Part shown: positions 13,131-24,310 of the stretch, piece by piece
Position numbering within the stretch: the first letter of the stretch is position 1
How the letters are laid out: each line of letters starts with the position of its first letter
Source of the DNA: Mycobacterium sp.
GTDB lineage: Bacteria; Actinomycetota; Actinomycetes; Mycobacteriales; Mycobacteriaceae
Reading direction: 5' to 3'
Assembly: GCF_035314905.1 (NCBI RefSeq)
Contig: NZ_DATFYW010000205.1
Location: 23,949-87,948, forward strand
DNA: 64,000 nucleotides
Made by a program: the position numbers and the translations under genes
The notes under the pieces: model-generated
Database searches by the model: none
Told to the model about the DNA's origin: nothing
The model's input: only the letters and a program-made list of their open reading frames with translations

Positions 13131-15493
13131 TCCTGCACCCCTGTTTCGCCGTCGAACCCTGGTCTGTCCGGGTCACGAGCCTCGACCTCGATGTACTGGC
13201 TCAGATCGAATCGGTGTTGGCAGTGTCGAATGGTCACATCGGTTGGCGGGCCAACCTCGACGAGGGCGAACCCACCGGGCTGCCGGGTTGCTATCTCAAC
13301 GGGGTGTGGGAGCAGCACCCGCTGCCCTACGGTGAGGCGGGCTACGGCTATCCCGAAGCCGGGCAGACGGTCATCAACGTCACCAACGGCAAGCTGATCC
13401 GGCTGCTCGTCGACGACGAACCGTTCGATGTCCGTTACGGAGAACTACACAGCCACGAGCAGGAGCTCGACCTACGCGCCGGGGTGCTGCGGCGCCGCGT
13501 CGAGTGGACCTCGCCCACCGGGCGTACTGTCCGGGTCACTTCGGTGCGGCTGGTATCGCTGGTCCAGCGGGCGGTGGCCGCTGTCGCCTACGACGTGGAG
13601 GCGCTCGACGGACCGGCGAGTGTGGTGGTGCAATCCGAGCTCGTCGCCAACGAGCCTCAGCCGGCGCCCAGCAACGATCCCCGGGACGCTGATTTCCTTC
13701 CCGCGGCACTGGTTTCGGAGGCGAACTCCTGTCACGACCTGTGGGCCGAGTTGCTGCATCGCACTGAGCGCAGCGGGCTGCGCACCGCATGCGCGATGGA
13801 TCATGTGGTTTCGGGCCCGGCGGTGCAAAGCGCCTGCGAAAGCTATCCGGACCTGGCGCGGGTGACCTTCACCGCAGATCTGCAGCCGCGCCAGCGGCTA
13901 TCGCTGGTCAAGTTCGTCGCCTACGGCTGGTCGGGGACGCGTTCAGTGCCCGGGCTGCGCGCCCAGGCGGCCGCGGCCCTGACAGCCGCCCGAGCGACCG
14001 GGTGGAAAGGAATGTTGCAGGAACAGGCCGACTTCCTCGACCGGTTCTGGGATCGCTCCGACGTCGAACTCGACGGCGACGCCGAGATCCAGCAGGCCGT
14101 ACGGTTCGCCCTGTTTCAGGTACTCCAGGCCGGTGCCCGGGCAGAGGGCCGGGCAATACCCGCCAAGGGCCTCACCGGGCCCGGGTACGACGGGCACACC
14201 TTCTGGGACACCGAAACCTTTGTGCTGCCCGTGCTCACGTACACCCTCCCCGAAGCGGCCGCCCACGCACTGCGCTGGCGCCACTCCACGCTGCCGGCGG
14301 CTGTGCAGCGGGCCGCCCAACTCGGGTTCGAGGGCGCCGCGTTCCCATGGCGAACGATCGCCGGACAGGAATGCTCCGGGTACTGGCCGGCCAGCACGGC
14401 GGCGGTCCACATCAACGCCGACATCGCCGACGCGGTCATCCGCTATCTGCGGGTGACCGGAGACGACCAGTTCGAGCGGACGGTCGGCATGGACCTGCTG
14501 GTGCACACCGCCCGGCTGTGGCGCAGCCTCGGACATCACGACAGCGCCGGCCGGTTCCGCGTCGACGGCGTCACCGGTCCCGACGAGTACAGCGCGCTGG
14601 CAGACAACAACGTCTACACCAACCTGATGGCGCAACAGAACCTGAGCGCCGCCGCCCAGGTGGCCACCCGATTCCCCGACCGGGCCCGAGCGCTCGGTGT
14701 CGACGAGGAGGAAACCGCCGCATGGCGCGACGCGGCCGACGCGCTTTACCTGCCGTACGACGAAGCGCTGGGCGTGCATCCCCAGGCGGACAACTTCACC
14801 AAGCACCAGGAGTGGGACTTCGCGCACACCAGGGGAGACCAATATCCGCTGCTGCTGCATTTTCCCTACTTCAACCTGTATCGCCGCCAGGTCGTCAAAC
14901 AGGCCGACCTGGTGCTGGCCATGCACCTGCGGGCCGACGCCTTCACCGACGATCAGAAGGCCCGCAACTTCGACTACTACGAACGGATTACCGTCCGCGA
15001 CTCGTCGCTGTCGGCGTGCACCCAGTCGGTGATCGCCGCCGAGGTCGGCCATCTCGGCCTGGCATACGACTACCTCGGTGAAGCGGCGCTGATGGACCTC
15101 GACAACCTCGAGCACAACACCCGCGACGGTGTGCACATCGCCTCGCTGGCTGGCACCTGGATCGCGCTGATTGCCGGCCTCGGCGGGCTGCGCCACCACG
15201 ACGACGGACGGCTTGCGTTCCGGCCACGGCTGCCCGAGGCGATCAGCCGCCTGGCGTTCAACCTTTTCCTTCGCAGGCAGCGGGTGTGCGTCGAGGTCAG
15301 CCACGACCGTGCGCGATACAGCGTGGCCGACGGGCCGCCGGTCGACATCATCCACCACGGGCAGCCGGCCCGGATCACTCCGGGCGAAACCGTGGAACTG
15401 CCGATACCGGGCATCACGGCGCCACCGACACCCTCGCAGCCGCCCGGACGGGCACCCGCGCATCGTCGCAAATCCGCGCAGCGTGAGGGTTGA
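13127..15493 (+). CDS. Glycoside hydrolase family 65 (trehalose/maltose/kojibiose phosphorylase-like)
   Basis: [35 protein letters not shown] catalytic Glu, KQADLVL, DSSLS; ATGA overlap with upstream gene. Confidence 0.92.
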   Translation: MILHPCFAVEPWSVRVTSLDLDVLAQIESVLAVSNGHIGWRANLDEGEPTGLPGCYLNGVWEQHPLPYGEAGYGYPEAGQTVINVTNGKLIRLLVDDEPFDVRYGELHSHEQELDLRAGVLRRRVEWTSPTGRTVRVTSVRLVSLVQRAVAAVAYDVEALDGPASVVVQSELVANEPQPAPSNDPRDADFLPAALVSEANSCHDLWAELLHRTERSGLRTACAMDHVVSGPAVQSACESYPDLARVTFTADLQPRQRLSLVKFVAYGWSGTRSVPGLRAQAAAALTAARATGWKGMLQEQADFLDRFWDRSDVELDGDAEIQQAVRFALFQVLQAGARAEGRAIPAKGLTGPGYDGHTFWDTETFVLPVLTYTLPEAAAHALRWRHSTLPAAVQRAAQLGFEGAAFPWRTIAGQECSGYWPASTAAVHINADIADAVIRYLRVTGDDQFERTVGMDLLVHTARLWRSLGHHDSAGRFRVDGVTGPDEYSALADNNVYTNLMAQQNLSAAAQVATRFPDRARALGVDEEETAAWRDAADALYLPYDEALGVHPQADNFTKHQEWDFAHTRGDQYPLLLHFPYFNLYRRQVVKQADLVLAMHLRADAFTDDQKARNFDYYERITVRDSSLSACTQSVIAAEVGHLGLAYDYLGEAALMDLDNLEHNTRDGVHIASLAGTWIALIAGLGGLRHHDDGRLAFRPRLPEAISRLAFNLFLRRQRVCVEVSHDRARYSVADGPPVDIIHHGQPARITPGETVELPIPGITAPPTPSQPPGRAPAHRRKSAQREG

Positions 15494-15499
15494 GAACCC

Positions 15500-16354
15500 T
15501 TACCGCCGCCAGGCCGAGTGCAGGATTGTGCTGATCGCGGCCATTCGGGCCGACCGCACCACGGCGCTGAGCGGCCGCAGCGCTTCGCTGGCGATCTGCG
15601 CCTCCGAAGCCGACTGCGTGCCGATCGGCGTGAGGCCGAAGCCCACCGCGATGATCGCGTCGACATGCGCGGCTTTCTCCAGCACCCGCAGCGCCCGCGG
15701 CGGGGCGTCGTCGGGCGCCCGGTGGAGGCGGGTCGACTCGAGTACCTGTTCGACGAGACCGCGCGGGTCGGCGACGTCGGCGCCGCTGTAGCCGAACCGG
15801 ATCGAGCCGAGCGCGTCGGCGGCCGATCGCACGGCCGAACGCAGCGTGTACTCGGCCTCGCCCAGGTCGACGTGAACGGATACCGGGACCGACGGCAGCG
15901 AGTGCACGGTCCACGCCAGCGCGCCCGGCTCAGCAGTCTCGTCGGCCTCCGATTCCGCTTCGTCGTAGTGGAATTCAGGCACCAGACCGATCGCGCTCCC
16001 GCGCTCACCGGACACGATGAGCGCCTCGCCCGCGCTCAGCGCGTCACGTTCGAACTGGCTTCCCGCGGCGAGCCCGCTTACGTCCCCGGGCACCGGCAGG
16101 ACGATGCCGATGGCAGGTTCGGGCACACTCCGTCGTCCCGCCGCGGTGCGCAGGGTCTGCAGCAAAGTGACCGCCCCGGCGCCGTCGACATCCGGCCACG
16201 GCAGGCCGGTGCGACCGGCCGCGACCGCATCATAGGCAGTGACGGAATGTTTTGGCGCCCAGGCCGATAACGCGTCCAGCACATCGTCGGGAGCTGCCGT
16301 TCCGGCGAGCCAGGCGTTGGCCCACACCGACAGCGAGACGCTAGGGCACCACAT
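15500..16354 (-). CDS. Conserved hypothetical protein (Rv1486c-like)
   Basis: [18 protein letters not shown] start; synteny opposite nfeD. Confidence 0.85.
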   Translation of the reverse strand: MWCPSVSLSVWANAWLAGTAAPDDVLDALSAWAPKHSVTAYDAVAAGRTGLPWPDVDGAGAVTLLQTLRTAAGRRSVPEPAIGIVLPVPGDVSGLAAGSQFERDALSAGEALIVSGERGSAIGLVPEFHYDEAESEADETAEPGALAWTVHSLPSVPVSVHVDLGEAEYTLRSAVRSAADALGSIRFGYSGADVADPRGLVEQVLESTRLHRAPDDAPPRALRVLEKAAHVDAIIAVGFGLTPIGTQSASEAQIASEALRPLSAVVRSARMAAISTILHSAWRR

Positions 16355-16412
16355 GATGCCGCAGTGTAGTAGTTCACCGCTGCGCAGGCTGGCTACGCGA
16401 TACTCTGGCAAC

Positions 16413-16847
16413 ATGCCCGTGGCGTTGATCTGGCTGATCGTCGCTTTGGTTCTGGCGGCCGCCGAAGTATTGACCGGCGACATGTTCCTGTTGATGCTCG
16501 GCGGCGGCGCACTGGCCGCCGGGGGGGCGCACTGGTTGTTCGACTGGCCGCTCTGGGCCGACGGCGCGGTGTTCCTGGTGGTGTCGGTGCTGCTGCTGGT
16601 GCTGGTGCGCCCGGCGCTGAAGAGGCGGCTGACGCCGCACACGCCGGAGACCACCGGAGTCAAGGCGCTCGAGGGCAAGAGCGCATTGGTTCTCGACCGC
16701 GTCGCCCGCCACGCGGGCCAGGTCAAGCTGGACGGTGAGGTGTGGACGGCGCGGCCGTTCAACGAGGACGATGTCTACGAACCGGGCGAGCAGGTAACCG
16801 TCATGCACATCGACGGAGCGACCGCGGTCGTCTGGAAGAACGTCTAG
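16413..16847 (+). CDS. NfeD-family membrane protein
   Basis: Two TM helices plus OB fold ([14 protein letters not shown]); upstream of SPFH gene. Confidence 0.9.
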   Translation: MPVALIWLIVALVLAAAEVLTGDMFLLMLGGGALAAGGAHWLFDWPLWADGAVFLVVSVLLLVLVRPALKRRLTPHTPETTGVKALEGKSALVLDRVARHAGQVKLDGEVWTARPFNEDDVYEPGEQVTVMHIDGATAVVWKNV

Positions 16848-16879
16848 GGAAACCTGGGCGGATGAAAGGAAACCTTGTC

Positions 16880-18019
16880 ATGAACGGTGCCCTCGCCAGC
16901 CTGATCCTGCTGGCCGTGCTGGTGGTGCTCGCGATCGTCGTCGTCGCCAAGTCGGTGGCGTTGATCCCCCAGGCGGAGGCCGCGGTGATCGAGCGCCTCG
17001 GCCGTTACAGCAAGACCGTGTCAGGGCAGCTGACGTTGCTGCTGCCGTTCATCGACCGGATCCGGGCCCGGGTGGACCTGCGTGAGCGAGTGGTGTCGTT
17101 CCCGCCGCAACCGGTGATCACGGAGGACAACCTGACCGTCAACATCGACACCGTCGTGTACTTCCAGGTGACCAACCCGCAGGCGGCGGTGTACCAGATC
17201 AGCAACTACATCGTCGGCGTGGAGCAGCTGACCACCACCACGCTCCGCAACGTGGTCGGGGGCATGACGCTGGAGCAAACGCTGACGTCGCGCGACCAGA
17301 TCAACGCGCAGCTGCGCGGAGTGCTCGACGAGGCCACCGGCCGGTGGGGGCTGCGGGTGGCCCGCGTCGAGCTGCGCAGCATCGACCCGCCGCCGTCGAT
17401 TCAGGACTCGATGGAAAAGCAGATGAGGGCCGACCGGGAGAAGCGGGCGATGATCCTCACCGCGGAGGGCACCCGTGAGGCGTCGATCAAGCAGGCCGAG
17501 GGGCAGAAGCAGGCGCAGATCCTTGCCGCCGAAGGCGCCAAGCAGGCGGCGATCCTGGCGGCTGAGGCCGATCGTCAGTCGCGCATCTTACGGGCGCAGG
17601 GCGACCGGGCGGCCCAATACCTGCAGGCGCAGGGGCAGGCCAAGGCGATCGAGAAGACGTTCGCGGCGATCAAGGCGGGCCGGCCAACACCAGAACTGCT
17701 GGCGTACCAGTACCTGCAGACGCTGCCGCAGATGGCCAAGGGCGAGGCGAACAAGGTATGGGTGGTGCCGAGTGACTTCGGCTCGGCGCTGCAGGGCTTC
17801 ACGAAACTGCTCGGCGCGCCGGGGGACGACGGGGTGTTCCGGTATCAGCCGACGCCGGCAGATGACAACTTGCCGAAGCCGGAGGACGACACCGACGAGG
17901 TCGCGGATTGGTTCTCGACCCAGACCGATCCCGCGATCGCCCAGGCGGTGGCGAAGGCCGAAGCCGACGCGCGCAAGCCGGTTGAGGGCCCGATGGGGCC
18001 ACGGTCGCTGACGACGTGA
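16880..18019 (+). CDS. SPFH/band-7 (stomatin-like) protein
   Basis: IPQAEAAVIERLGRY, VITEDNLTVNID, MEKQMRADREKRA; SD aaagga. Confidence 0.93.
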   Translation: MNGALASLILLAVLVVLAIVVVAKSVALIPQAEAAVIERLGRYSKTVSGQLTLLLPFIDRIRARVDLRERVVSFPPQPVITEDNLTVNIDTVVYFQVTNPQAAVYQISNYIVGVEQLTTTTLRNVVGGMTLEQTLTSRDQINAQLRGVLDEATGRWGLRVARVELRSIDPPPSIQDSMEKQMRADREKRAMILTAEGTREASIKQAEGQKQAQILAAEGAKQAAILAAEADRQSRILRAQGDRAAQYLQAQGQAKAIEKTFAAIKAGRPTPELLAYQYLQTLPQMAKGEANKVWVVPSDFGSALQGFTKLLGAPGDDGVFRYQPTPADDNLPKPEDDTDEVADWFSTQTDPAIAQAVAKAEADARKPVEGPMGPRSLTT

Positions 18020-18023
18020 TCCG

Positions 18024-18389
18024 ATGAGTCGGCTGACATCTCCGCGGGTTTACTACGCACTGGCGGCGTTTCAGGCCGCCGACGCGGTGGCGTGCGCGAT
18101 CCCGCTACCGCCCATCGCGAAAAACCTCGACGATCTTGGTGTGCCTCAAGGCATCCGGTGGGTCCTTCCGGTGGTGAAGGCCGCCGCCGCGGTGGGTCTG
18201 CTCTCGGTGAGCCGGTTTCCCCGGCTGGCGAGGATCACCACCGCGATGCTCACGCTGTATTTCGTGCTCGCCGTGGGCGCGCACATTCGCGCGCACGACC
18301 GGCCTGTCAACGCCGCTGCGGCCGCATCGTTTCTGGCGACGTTCGCCGTGATGACCGCGCAGGGGCCCGCGACGGCCGACCACGACTAG
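18024..18389 (+). CDS. DoxX-like membrane protein (Rv1489-like)
   Basis: Hydrophobic 121 aa, LYFVLAVGAHIRAHD. Confidence 0.8.
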   Translation: MSRLTSPRVYYALAAFQAADAVACAIPLPPIAKNLDDLGVPQGIRWVLPVVKAAAAVGLLSVSRFPRLARITTAMLTLYFVLAVGAHIRAHDRPVNAAAAASFLATFAVMTAQGPATADHD

Positions 18390-19123
18390 GCGGGGATCGG
18401 ATCCGCTTCGGCGTCTTGGCCAACGGTGCGGTGCCGACGGGCGGCGCGGGCCTCGAGCACCAGCCCCGTGACGCCGACACCAGCGGTGACCAACGAGATC
18501 AAGACCAGAAGGGGGTCCACCCTGCCGGTCAGCGCATCGCCGAGGATCACCACGGCCAGCGTTCCCGGCAGCAGCCCAACAAACGTCGCGGCCATGTACG
18601 GCAGTACCCGCACCGCCGATGCACCCGCGGCGTAGTTGAGCACCGAGAACGGCACCGCCGGTATCAGCCGCAGCGAAACGATTGCGGGCCAGCCGCGCCG
18701 CCGCACCCGGGCGTCGAGGCTGTCGATGGTCGGGTGGCTGACCAGCCGGCTCAGTTGCCAGCCGACCGCCCTGACCATCAGCAGTGCGATCAACGCGCTG
18801 ATCGTGCTGGCCAGCACCGCGAGGGTGGCACCCAGCAGCGGCCCGAACAACAGTCCGGCGGCCAGCGTGAACGCCGTCCGCGGGAACGGGAACACCGTCA
18901 CGACCACATACGCGGCGAGGAACGCCAGCGGGAACCAGGACCCGACCGACGTCGCCCAGTCGCGCAACTGGACAGCGGTCGGCAGCGGCACCAACAGCAC
19001 AATTGAGACAAGGATCACGGCTACCGCGCCGGTGATCACGACCCGTCGCCGCGGCACCTGGCGCGCGGTCGCTACCAGGGCGGACCGCAGGCCGCCCGAT
19101 TCGGCGAGGACAGGCGGCTTCAC
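18386..19123 (-). CDS. TVP38/TMEM64 (DedA/SNARE-associated) membrane protein
   Basis: PFPRTAFTLAAGLLFG, LRLIPAVPFSVLNY, GLLPG; start may be GTG 19123 or ATG 19171. Confidence 0.88.
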   Translation of the reverse strand: MKPPVLAESGGLRSALVATARQVPRRRVVITGAVAVILVSIVLLVPLPTAVQLRDWATSVGSWFPLAFLAAYVVVTVFPFPRTAFTLAAGLLFGPLLGATLAVLASTISALIALLMVRAVGWQLSRLVSHPTIDSLDARVRRRGWPAIVSLRLIPAVPFSVLNYAAGASAVRVLPYMAATFVGLLPGTLAVVILGDALTGRVDPLLVLISLVTAGVGVTGLVLEARAARRHRTVGQDAEADPIPA

Positions 19124-19184
19124 GGCTACTGAGCGTACGGGCCGTGGATGAACAACGCTTTCCAGCATCATTTAGCCTGATGGC

Positions 19185-21041
19185 GTGTCGCTCGAAGGCT
19201 CCGTCGATCCCGCACAGGTAGAGCTAGCGCGCGAACGGTGGCGCAGGGCCGTCGCCGGTGTGCTCGCCAAGACGCTGGAGCCCGGCGCGGAGCTGCCCAC
19301 CGAACCCGAACTGCTGCTCGACTCGCCGACATACGAAGGCTTCCCCATCCGCCCGCTGTACACCCCGCTGGACGCGCAATCCGAGCAACCGTTGCCGGGT
19401 CAGTGGCCATTCGTGCGGGGGGGCGACGCGCTGCGCGACGTCAACACCGGGTGGAAGGTCGCCGAGGCGTTCCCGCCGGCCGGCCAACTGACGGTCGCAG
19501 AAGGCAACGGCGCCGTCCTGCTTGCGCTGACCGAGGGGGTCAACGCGTTGGTTCTCCGGGCCGGCGACAACGGCATCGCGACAGGTCAGCTCGACCGCCT
19601 CCTCGAAGGCGTCTTCCTCGAACTGGTGCCTGTCGTGCTCGACGCGGGCGCCCGGTACGTGGCCGCCGCGGAGGCGGTGCTGGCGCTGGTGGCCGACTTC
19701 GACGACGACAAGCGCGCGATGCTTTCCATCGATCTGGGTGCCGATCCGCTGACCGCCGCACTGAGCGGCCGCGACGCGCCGAGCATTGACGATGTGGTAG
19801 CCATGGCATCACGCGCGACCGATTACAACGGCGGGGTGCGCGCGGTCACCGTCGACGGCCCGGCGCTGCACAACCTCGGCGCCAACGCGTCCTGGGAACT
19901 CGCGGGAGCCGTGGCCGCGGGTGTCGATTACCTGCGGTTCCTCTCGGAGATCGGTGTGCCGAAAGTGCTGCGGCAGATCAGCTTCCGCTACGCCGCTGAC
20001 GACGATCAATTCATGACGATCGCGAAATTCCGTGCCGCACGCCAACTTTGGGCCCGCGTCTGCGAGGTCGTCGGTGAGCCGGGTGCCGGGGCCGCACCGC
20101 TGCACGCGGTCACATCGCTGCCGATGATGACGCAGCGCGATCCGTGGGTGAACATGCTGCGCACCACGCTCGCCGCGTTCAGCGCCGGGGTGGGTGGCGC
20201 CGACACGGTGCTGGTGGAACCCTTCGACGTCGCGATACCCGGCAATGCGCCCGGCGTACCCGCCGGCTTCTCGAGGCGCATCGCACGCAACACCCAGCTA
20301 CTGCTCCTCGAGGAGTCCAACATCGGCCGGGTGGTGGACCCGGCCGCCGGTTCGTGGTACGTCGACGACCTCACCGAACGCCTTGCGCAGCAGGCATGGG
20401 AGAACTTCCAGCAGATCGAGGGCAACGGCGGATTCGCCGATGCCCGCGGCTTCGTCGCGCAGCAGCTCGCCAAGGTGGGTGCGCACCGCACCGACGACAT
20501 CGACCACCGCCGCACCAAGATCACCGGCGTCAACGAATACCCGAACCTCGACGAGCCGCCGCTGCAACCCGGCACCGCACACGAAACGGTCCGCCGCTAC
20601 GCCGCCGACTTCGAAACACTTCGCGACCGCTCCGATGAGTTCCTCGAACGCACCGGCGCCCGACCGCAAGTGCTGCTGCTGCCCCTAGGCCCGCTCGCGG
20701 AGCACAACGTCCGCGCCACCTTCGCGGCGAACCTGCTGGCGACCGGTGGGATCGAGGCCGTCAACCCCGGCCCGATTCAACCCGACGGGGTAGCCGGGGC
20801 CGCCGCCCGGGCAGGTTCCCCCGACACCGCGGTCATCTGCGGCACAAATGCCCGCTACTCCACCGAAGTGGCCTCGATCGTCGAGGCCGCACATGCCGCG
20901 GGCATCACCAAGCTCTATCTGGCCGGGCCGCAGAAGGCCGTTGCCGACCTCGACGAGTCGCACCTGCCCGACGACTACCTGACCGCCACGATCGACGCGG
21001 TCAAGGCCTTGGCGAACCTGCTCACCCGATTGGGGGCCTGA
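19185..21041 (+). CDS. mutA: Methylmalonyl-CoA mutase small subunit
   Basis: GQWPFVRGG, MMTQRDPWVNMLR, DPAAGSWYV; degenerate B12 domain. Confidence 0.95.
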   Translation: MSLEGSVDPAQVELARERWRRAVAGVLAKTLEPGAELPTEPELLLDSPTYEGFPIRPLYTPLDAQSEQPLPGQWPFVRGGDALRDVNTGWKVAEAFPPAGQLTVAEGNGAVLLALTEGVNALVLRAGDNGIATGQLDRLLEGVFLELVPVVLDAGARYVAAAEAVLALVADFDDDKRAMLSIDLGADPLTAALSGRDAPSIDDVVAMASRATDYNGGVRAVTVDGPALHNLGANASWELAGAVAAGVDYLRFLSEIGVPKVLRQISFRYAADDDQFMTIAKFRAARQLWARVCEVVGEPGAGAAPLHAVTSLPMMTQRDPWVNMLRTTLAAFSAGVGGADTVLVEPFDVAIPGNAPGVPAGFSRRIARNTQLLLLEESNIGRVVDPAAGSWYVDDLTERLAQQAWENFQQIEGNGGFADARGFVAQQLAKVGAHRTDDIDHRRTKITGVNEYPNLDEPPLQPGTAHETVRRYAADFETLRDRSDEFLERTGARPQVLLLPLGPLAEHNVRATFAANLLATGGIEAVNPGPIQPDGVAGAAARAGSPDTAVICGTNARYSTEVASIVEAAHAAGITKLYLAGPQKAVADLDESHLPDDYLTATIDAVKALANLLTRLGA

Positions 21042-21044
21042 CCG

Positions 21045-23273
21045 ATGACCGCACCTGATGTCGCCGCCGTCGGCAGCTTCGCCGAGATCCCGCTTCACGG
21101 GGAGATAGTCCCGACCCCACCGACGGACGCCGAGGTCACCGCGCACGTCGCCGCCGCGGCGGCAGCGCACGGCTACACCGCCGAACAACTCGACTGGCAC
21201 ACGCCCGAAGGCATTGTCGTCAAACCGGTGTACACCGCCGCCGATCGTGCGTCGGCCGCGGTCGAGGGGTATCCGCTCAACAGTTTCCCCGGCGCGCCGC
21301 CCTACCTTCGTGGGCCCTACCCGACGATGTACGTGAATCAGCCCTGGACCATCCGGCAATACGCCGGGTTCTCCACGGCCGCGGAATCGAACGCGTTCTA
21401 CCGACGGAACCTCGCCGCCGGGCAGAAGGGCCTGTCGGTGGCCTTCGATCTCGCCACCCACCGCGGCTACGACTCAGATCACCCACGGGTGCAGGGCGAC
21501 GTCGGAATGGCCGGTGTCGCGATCGATTCCATCCTCGACATGCGCCAGCTGTTTGACGGGATCGACCTCTCGGCGGTCTCGGTGTCGATGACGATGAACG
21601 GCGCGGTGCTGCCCATTCTCGCGCTGTACGTGGTGGCGGCCGAGGAGCAGGGTGTGCCGCCGCAGAAGCTGGCCGGGACCATCCAGAACGACATCCTCAA
21701 GGAGTTCATGGTCCGCAACACCTACATCTACCCGCCCAAGCCGTCGATGCGGATCATCTCTGACATCTTCGCCTACACCAGTGCGAAGATGCCGAAGTTC
21801 AACTCGATCTCGATCTCCGGCTACCACATCCAGGAGGCCGGTGCGACAGCGGATTTGGAGTTGGCGTACACCCTTGCCGACGGGGTGGAGTACATCAGGG
21901 CCGGGCTGGACGCCGGGCTCGACATCGACCAGTTCGCGCCCAGGCTGTCGTTCTTCTGGGGCATCGGAATGAACTTCTTCATGGAGGTCGCCAAACTGCG
22001 GGCCGGCCGGCTGCTATGGAGCGAGCTGGTTGCGGACTTCGGGGCGAAGGACCCGAAATCGCTCTCGCTGCGCGCACATTCGCAGACATCCGGGTGGTCG
22101 CTGACCGCGCAGGACGCGTTCAACAACGTCGCCCGCACCTGCATCGAGGCGATGGCGGCCACGCAGGGCCACACCCAGTCGTTGCACACCAACGCACTCG
22201 ACGAGGCGCTTGCGCTGCCTTCCGACTTCTCGGCCCGCATCGCGCGCAACACCCAGCTTGTCCTGCAGCAGGAATCCGGCACGACCCGCCCGATCGACCC
22301 CTGGGGGGGCTCGTATTACGTCGAGTGGCTAACCCACCGACTGGCCGGCGCGGCACGGGACCACATCCGCGAGGTGGCCGAGGCAGGCGGCATGGCCCAG
22401 GCCATCAGCCAGGGCATCCCGAAACTGCGGATCGAAGAGGCCGCTGCCCGCACCCAGGCCCGCATCGACTCCGGTCGCCAACCCGTGGTCGGCGTGAACA
22501 AGTATCAGGTCGACGAGGACCACCCAATCGAGGTGCTCAAAGTCGACAACAGCCGGGTGCGCGCCGAGCAGCTGGCCAAGCTGCAGCAGTTGCGCGCCGA
22601 CCGGGACCCGGCCGCCGTCGACGCCGCGCTGGCCGAGTTGACCCGAGCCGCCGGCGGTGACGGTAACCTGCTGGAACTTGCCATCAACGCGGCACGGGCC
22701 AAGGCTACGGTCGGAGAGATCTCCGACGCGCTGGAAAGGGTCTACGGGCGCCACCAGGCCGAGATCCGCACCATCGCCGGGGTTTATCGCGACGAAGTCG
22801 GGAAGGTGACGAACATATCTTCCGCCACCGAGCTTGTCGAGAAGTTCGCCGAGGCCGACGGGCGTCGGCCCCGCATCCTGGTGGCCAAGATGGGCCAGGA
22901 CGGCCACGACCGCGGCCAGAAGGTGATCGCAACCGCGTTCGCCGACATCGGGTTTGACGTCGACGTCGGTTCGCTCTTCTCGACCCCCGAGGAGGTGGCC
23001 CGCCAGGCTGCCGACAACGACGTGCACGTGGTCGGGGTCTCCTCCTTGGCCGCAGGGCATCTGACGCTGGTACCCGCGCTGCGGGACGCGCTCGCCGAAG
23101 TCGGCCGGCCCGACATCATGATCGTCGTCGGCGGGGTCATCCCACCCGACGACTACGACGCGCTGCACGAGGCCGGCGCGACCGCGATCTTCCCGCCCGG
23201 GACGGTGATCGCCGACGCCGCGATCGGTCTGCTGCGCAAGCTCGCCGAGCGGCTGGGTTATGACCTGAGCTGA
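21045..23273 (+). CDS. mutB: Methylmalonyl-CoA mutase large subunit
   Basis: [37 protein letters not shown]12-binding motif. Confidence 0.97.
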   Translation: MTAPDVAAVGSFAEIPLHGEIVPTPPTDAEVTAHVAAAAAAHGYTAEQLDWHTPEGIVVKPVYTAADRASAAVEGYPLNSFPGAPPYLRGPYPTMYVNQPWTIRQYAGFSTAAESNAFYRRNLAAGQKGLSVAFDLATHRGYDSDHPRVQGDVGMAGVAIDSILDMRQLFDGIDLSAVSVSMTMNGAVLPILALYVVAAEEQGVPPQKLAGTIQNDILKEFMVRNTYIYPPKPSMRIISDIFAYTSAKMPKFNSISISGYHIQEAGATADLELAYTLADGVEYIRAGLDAGLDIDQFAPRLSFFWGIGMNFFMEVAKLRAGRLLWSELVADFGAKDPKSLSLRAHSQTSGWSLTAQDAFNNVARTCIEAMAATQGHTQSLHTNALDEALALPSDFSARIARNTQLVLQQESGTTRPIDPWGGSYYVEWLTHRLAGAARDHIREVAEAGGMAQAISQGIPKLRIEEAAARTQARIDSGRQPVVGVNKYQVDEDHPIEVLKVDNSRVRAEQLAKLQQLRADRDPAAVDAALAELTRAAGGDGNLLELAINAARAKATVGEISDALERVYGRHQAEIRTIAGVYRDEVGKVTNISSATELVEKFAEADGRRPRILVAKMGQDGHDRGQKVIATAFADIGFDVDVGSLFSTPEEVARQAADNDVHVVGVSSLAAGHLTLVPALRDALAEVGRPDIMIVVGGVIPPDDYDALHEAGATAIFPPGTVIADAAIGLLRKLAERLGYDLS

Positions 23274-24268
23274 TGGCCGATTCCGTCGAGGCGCTCGCCG
23301 CGGCTGTGCGCGGAGGCGACCGCACCGAACTGTCGAAGGCGATCACACTGGTCGAGTCGACGCGGGCCGATCGCCGCGAGCAGGCCCAGCAGCTGCTGCT
23401 GCGGCTGCTGCCCGAGTCCGGACACGCTCTGCGCGTGGGCATTACCGGCGTGCCCGGGGTAGGCAAGTCGACCGCGATCGAGGCCATGGGCATGATGCTG
23501 ATCGAGCATGGCCACCGGGTGGCCGTGCTCGCGGTGGACCCCTCGTCGACGCGCACCGGGGGATCGATCCTCGGCGACAAGACCCGGATGGCCCGGCTTG
23601 CGGTGCATCCCGAGGCCTACGTGCGGCCGTCGCCGACGTCGGGCACGCTCGGCGGGGTCGCCAAGGCCACCCGGGAAACGATCGTGCTCCTGGAGGCGGC
23701 GGGCTTCGACGTGATACTCGTCGAGACCGTCGGGGTCGGTCAGTCCGAGGTCGCGGTGGCCAACATGGTCGACACCTTCGTATTCCTGACACTGGCCCGG
23801 ACGGGGGACCAGCTGCAGGGCATCAAGAAAGGCGTCCTCGAGCTTGCCGACATCGTCGTGGTGAACAAGGCCGACGGCGAGCACGCGGTCGAGGCGAGGG
23901 GCGCCGCCAGGGAGCTCGCGGCGGTGATCCGGCTGATCTATCCCCGGGACACGCTGTGGCGGCCACCCGTCCTGACGATGAGCGCGCTGGAAGGCACGGG
24001 CCTGCAGGAGCTCTGGGAGACGGTGCGACGGCATCGCGACGTCCTCATGGAGGCGGGCGAGTTCGACGCGAAACGCCGCCAGCAGCAGGTGGACTGGACC
24101 TGGTCGATGGTGCGCGATGCGGTTCTGGACCGGGTACTGACCAACCCCGCGGTGAAGAGGATCCGCGCCGAGGTGGAGCAGCAGGTCCGCGACGGCGGAT
24201 TGACGGCGGCGCTGGCCGCGCAGCGCCTCTTATCCGCCGCCGGAGAGAATCAGTTAACAGAACGGTAA
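23273..24268 (+). CDS. meaB: Methylmalonyl-CoA mutase-associated GTPase MeaB
   Basis: GVPGVGKST, AVDPSS..GGSILGDKTRM, ETVGVGQSE, VNKAD. Confidence 0.95.
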   Translation: MADSVEALAAAVRGGDRTELSKAITLVESTRADRREQAQQLLLRLLPESGHALRVGITGVPGVGKSTAIEAMGMMLIEHGHRVAVLAVDPSSTRTGGSILGDKTRMARLAVHPEAYVRPSPTSGTLGGVAKATRETIVLLEAAGFDVILVETVGVGQSEVAVANMVDTFVFLTLARTGDQLQGIKKGVLELADIVVVNKADGEHAVEARGAARELAAVIRLIYPRDTLWRPPVLTMSALEGTGLQELWETVRRHRDVLMEAGEFDAKRRQQQVDWTWSMVRDAVLDRVLTNPAVKRIRAEVEQQVRDGGLTAALAAQRLLSAAGENQLTER

Positions 24269-24310
24269 CGATTGGTTTGTTTGGGGGATCTAAGCGGTCA
24301 TCATGACAAT

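Noticed and set aside
23258-23290. Toxin-antitoxin pair between mutB and meaB (as in M. tuberculosis)
   Set aside because: The mutB stop overlaps the meaB start, leaving no room for it.
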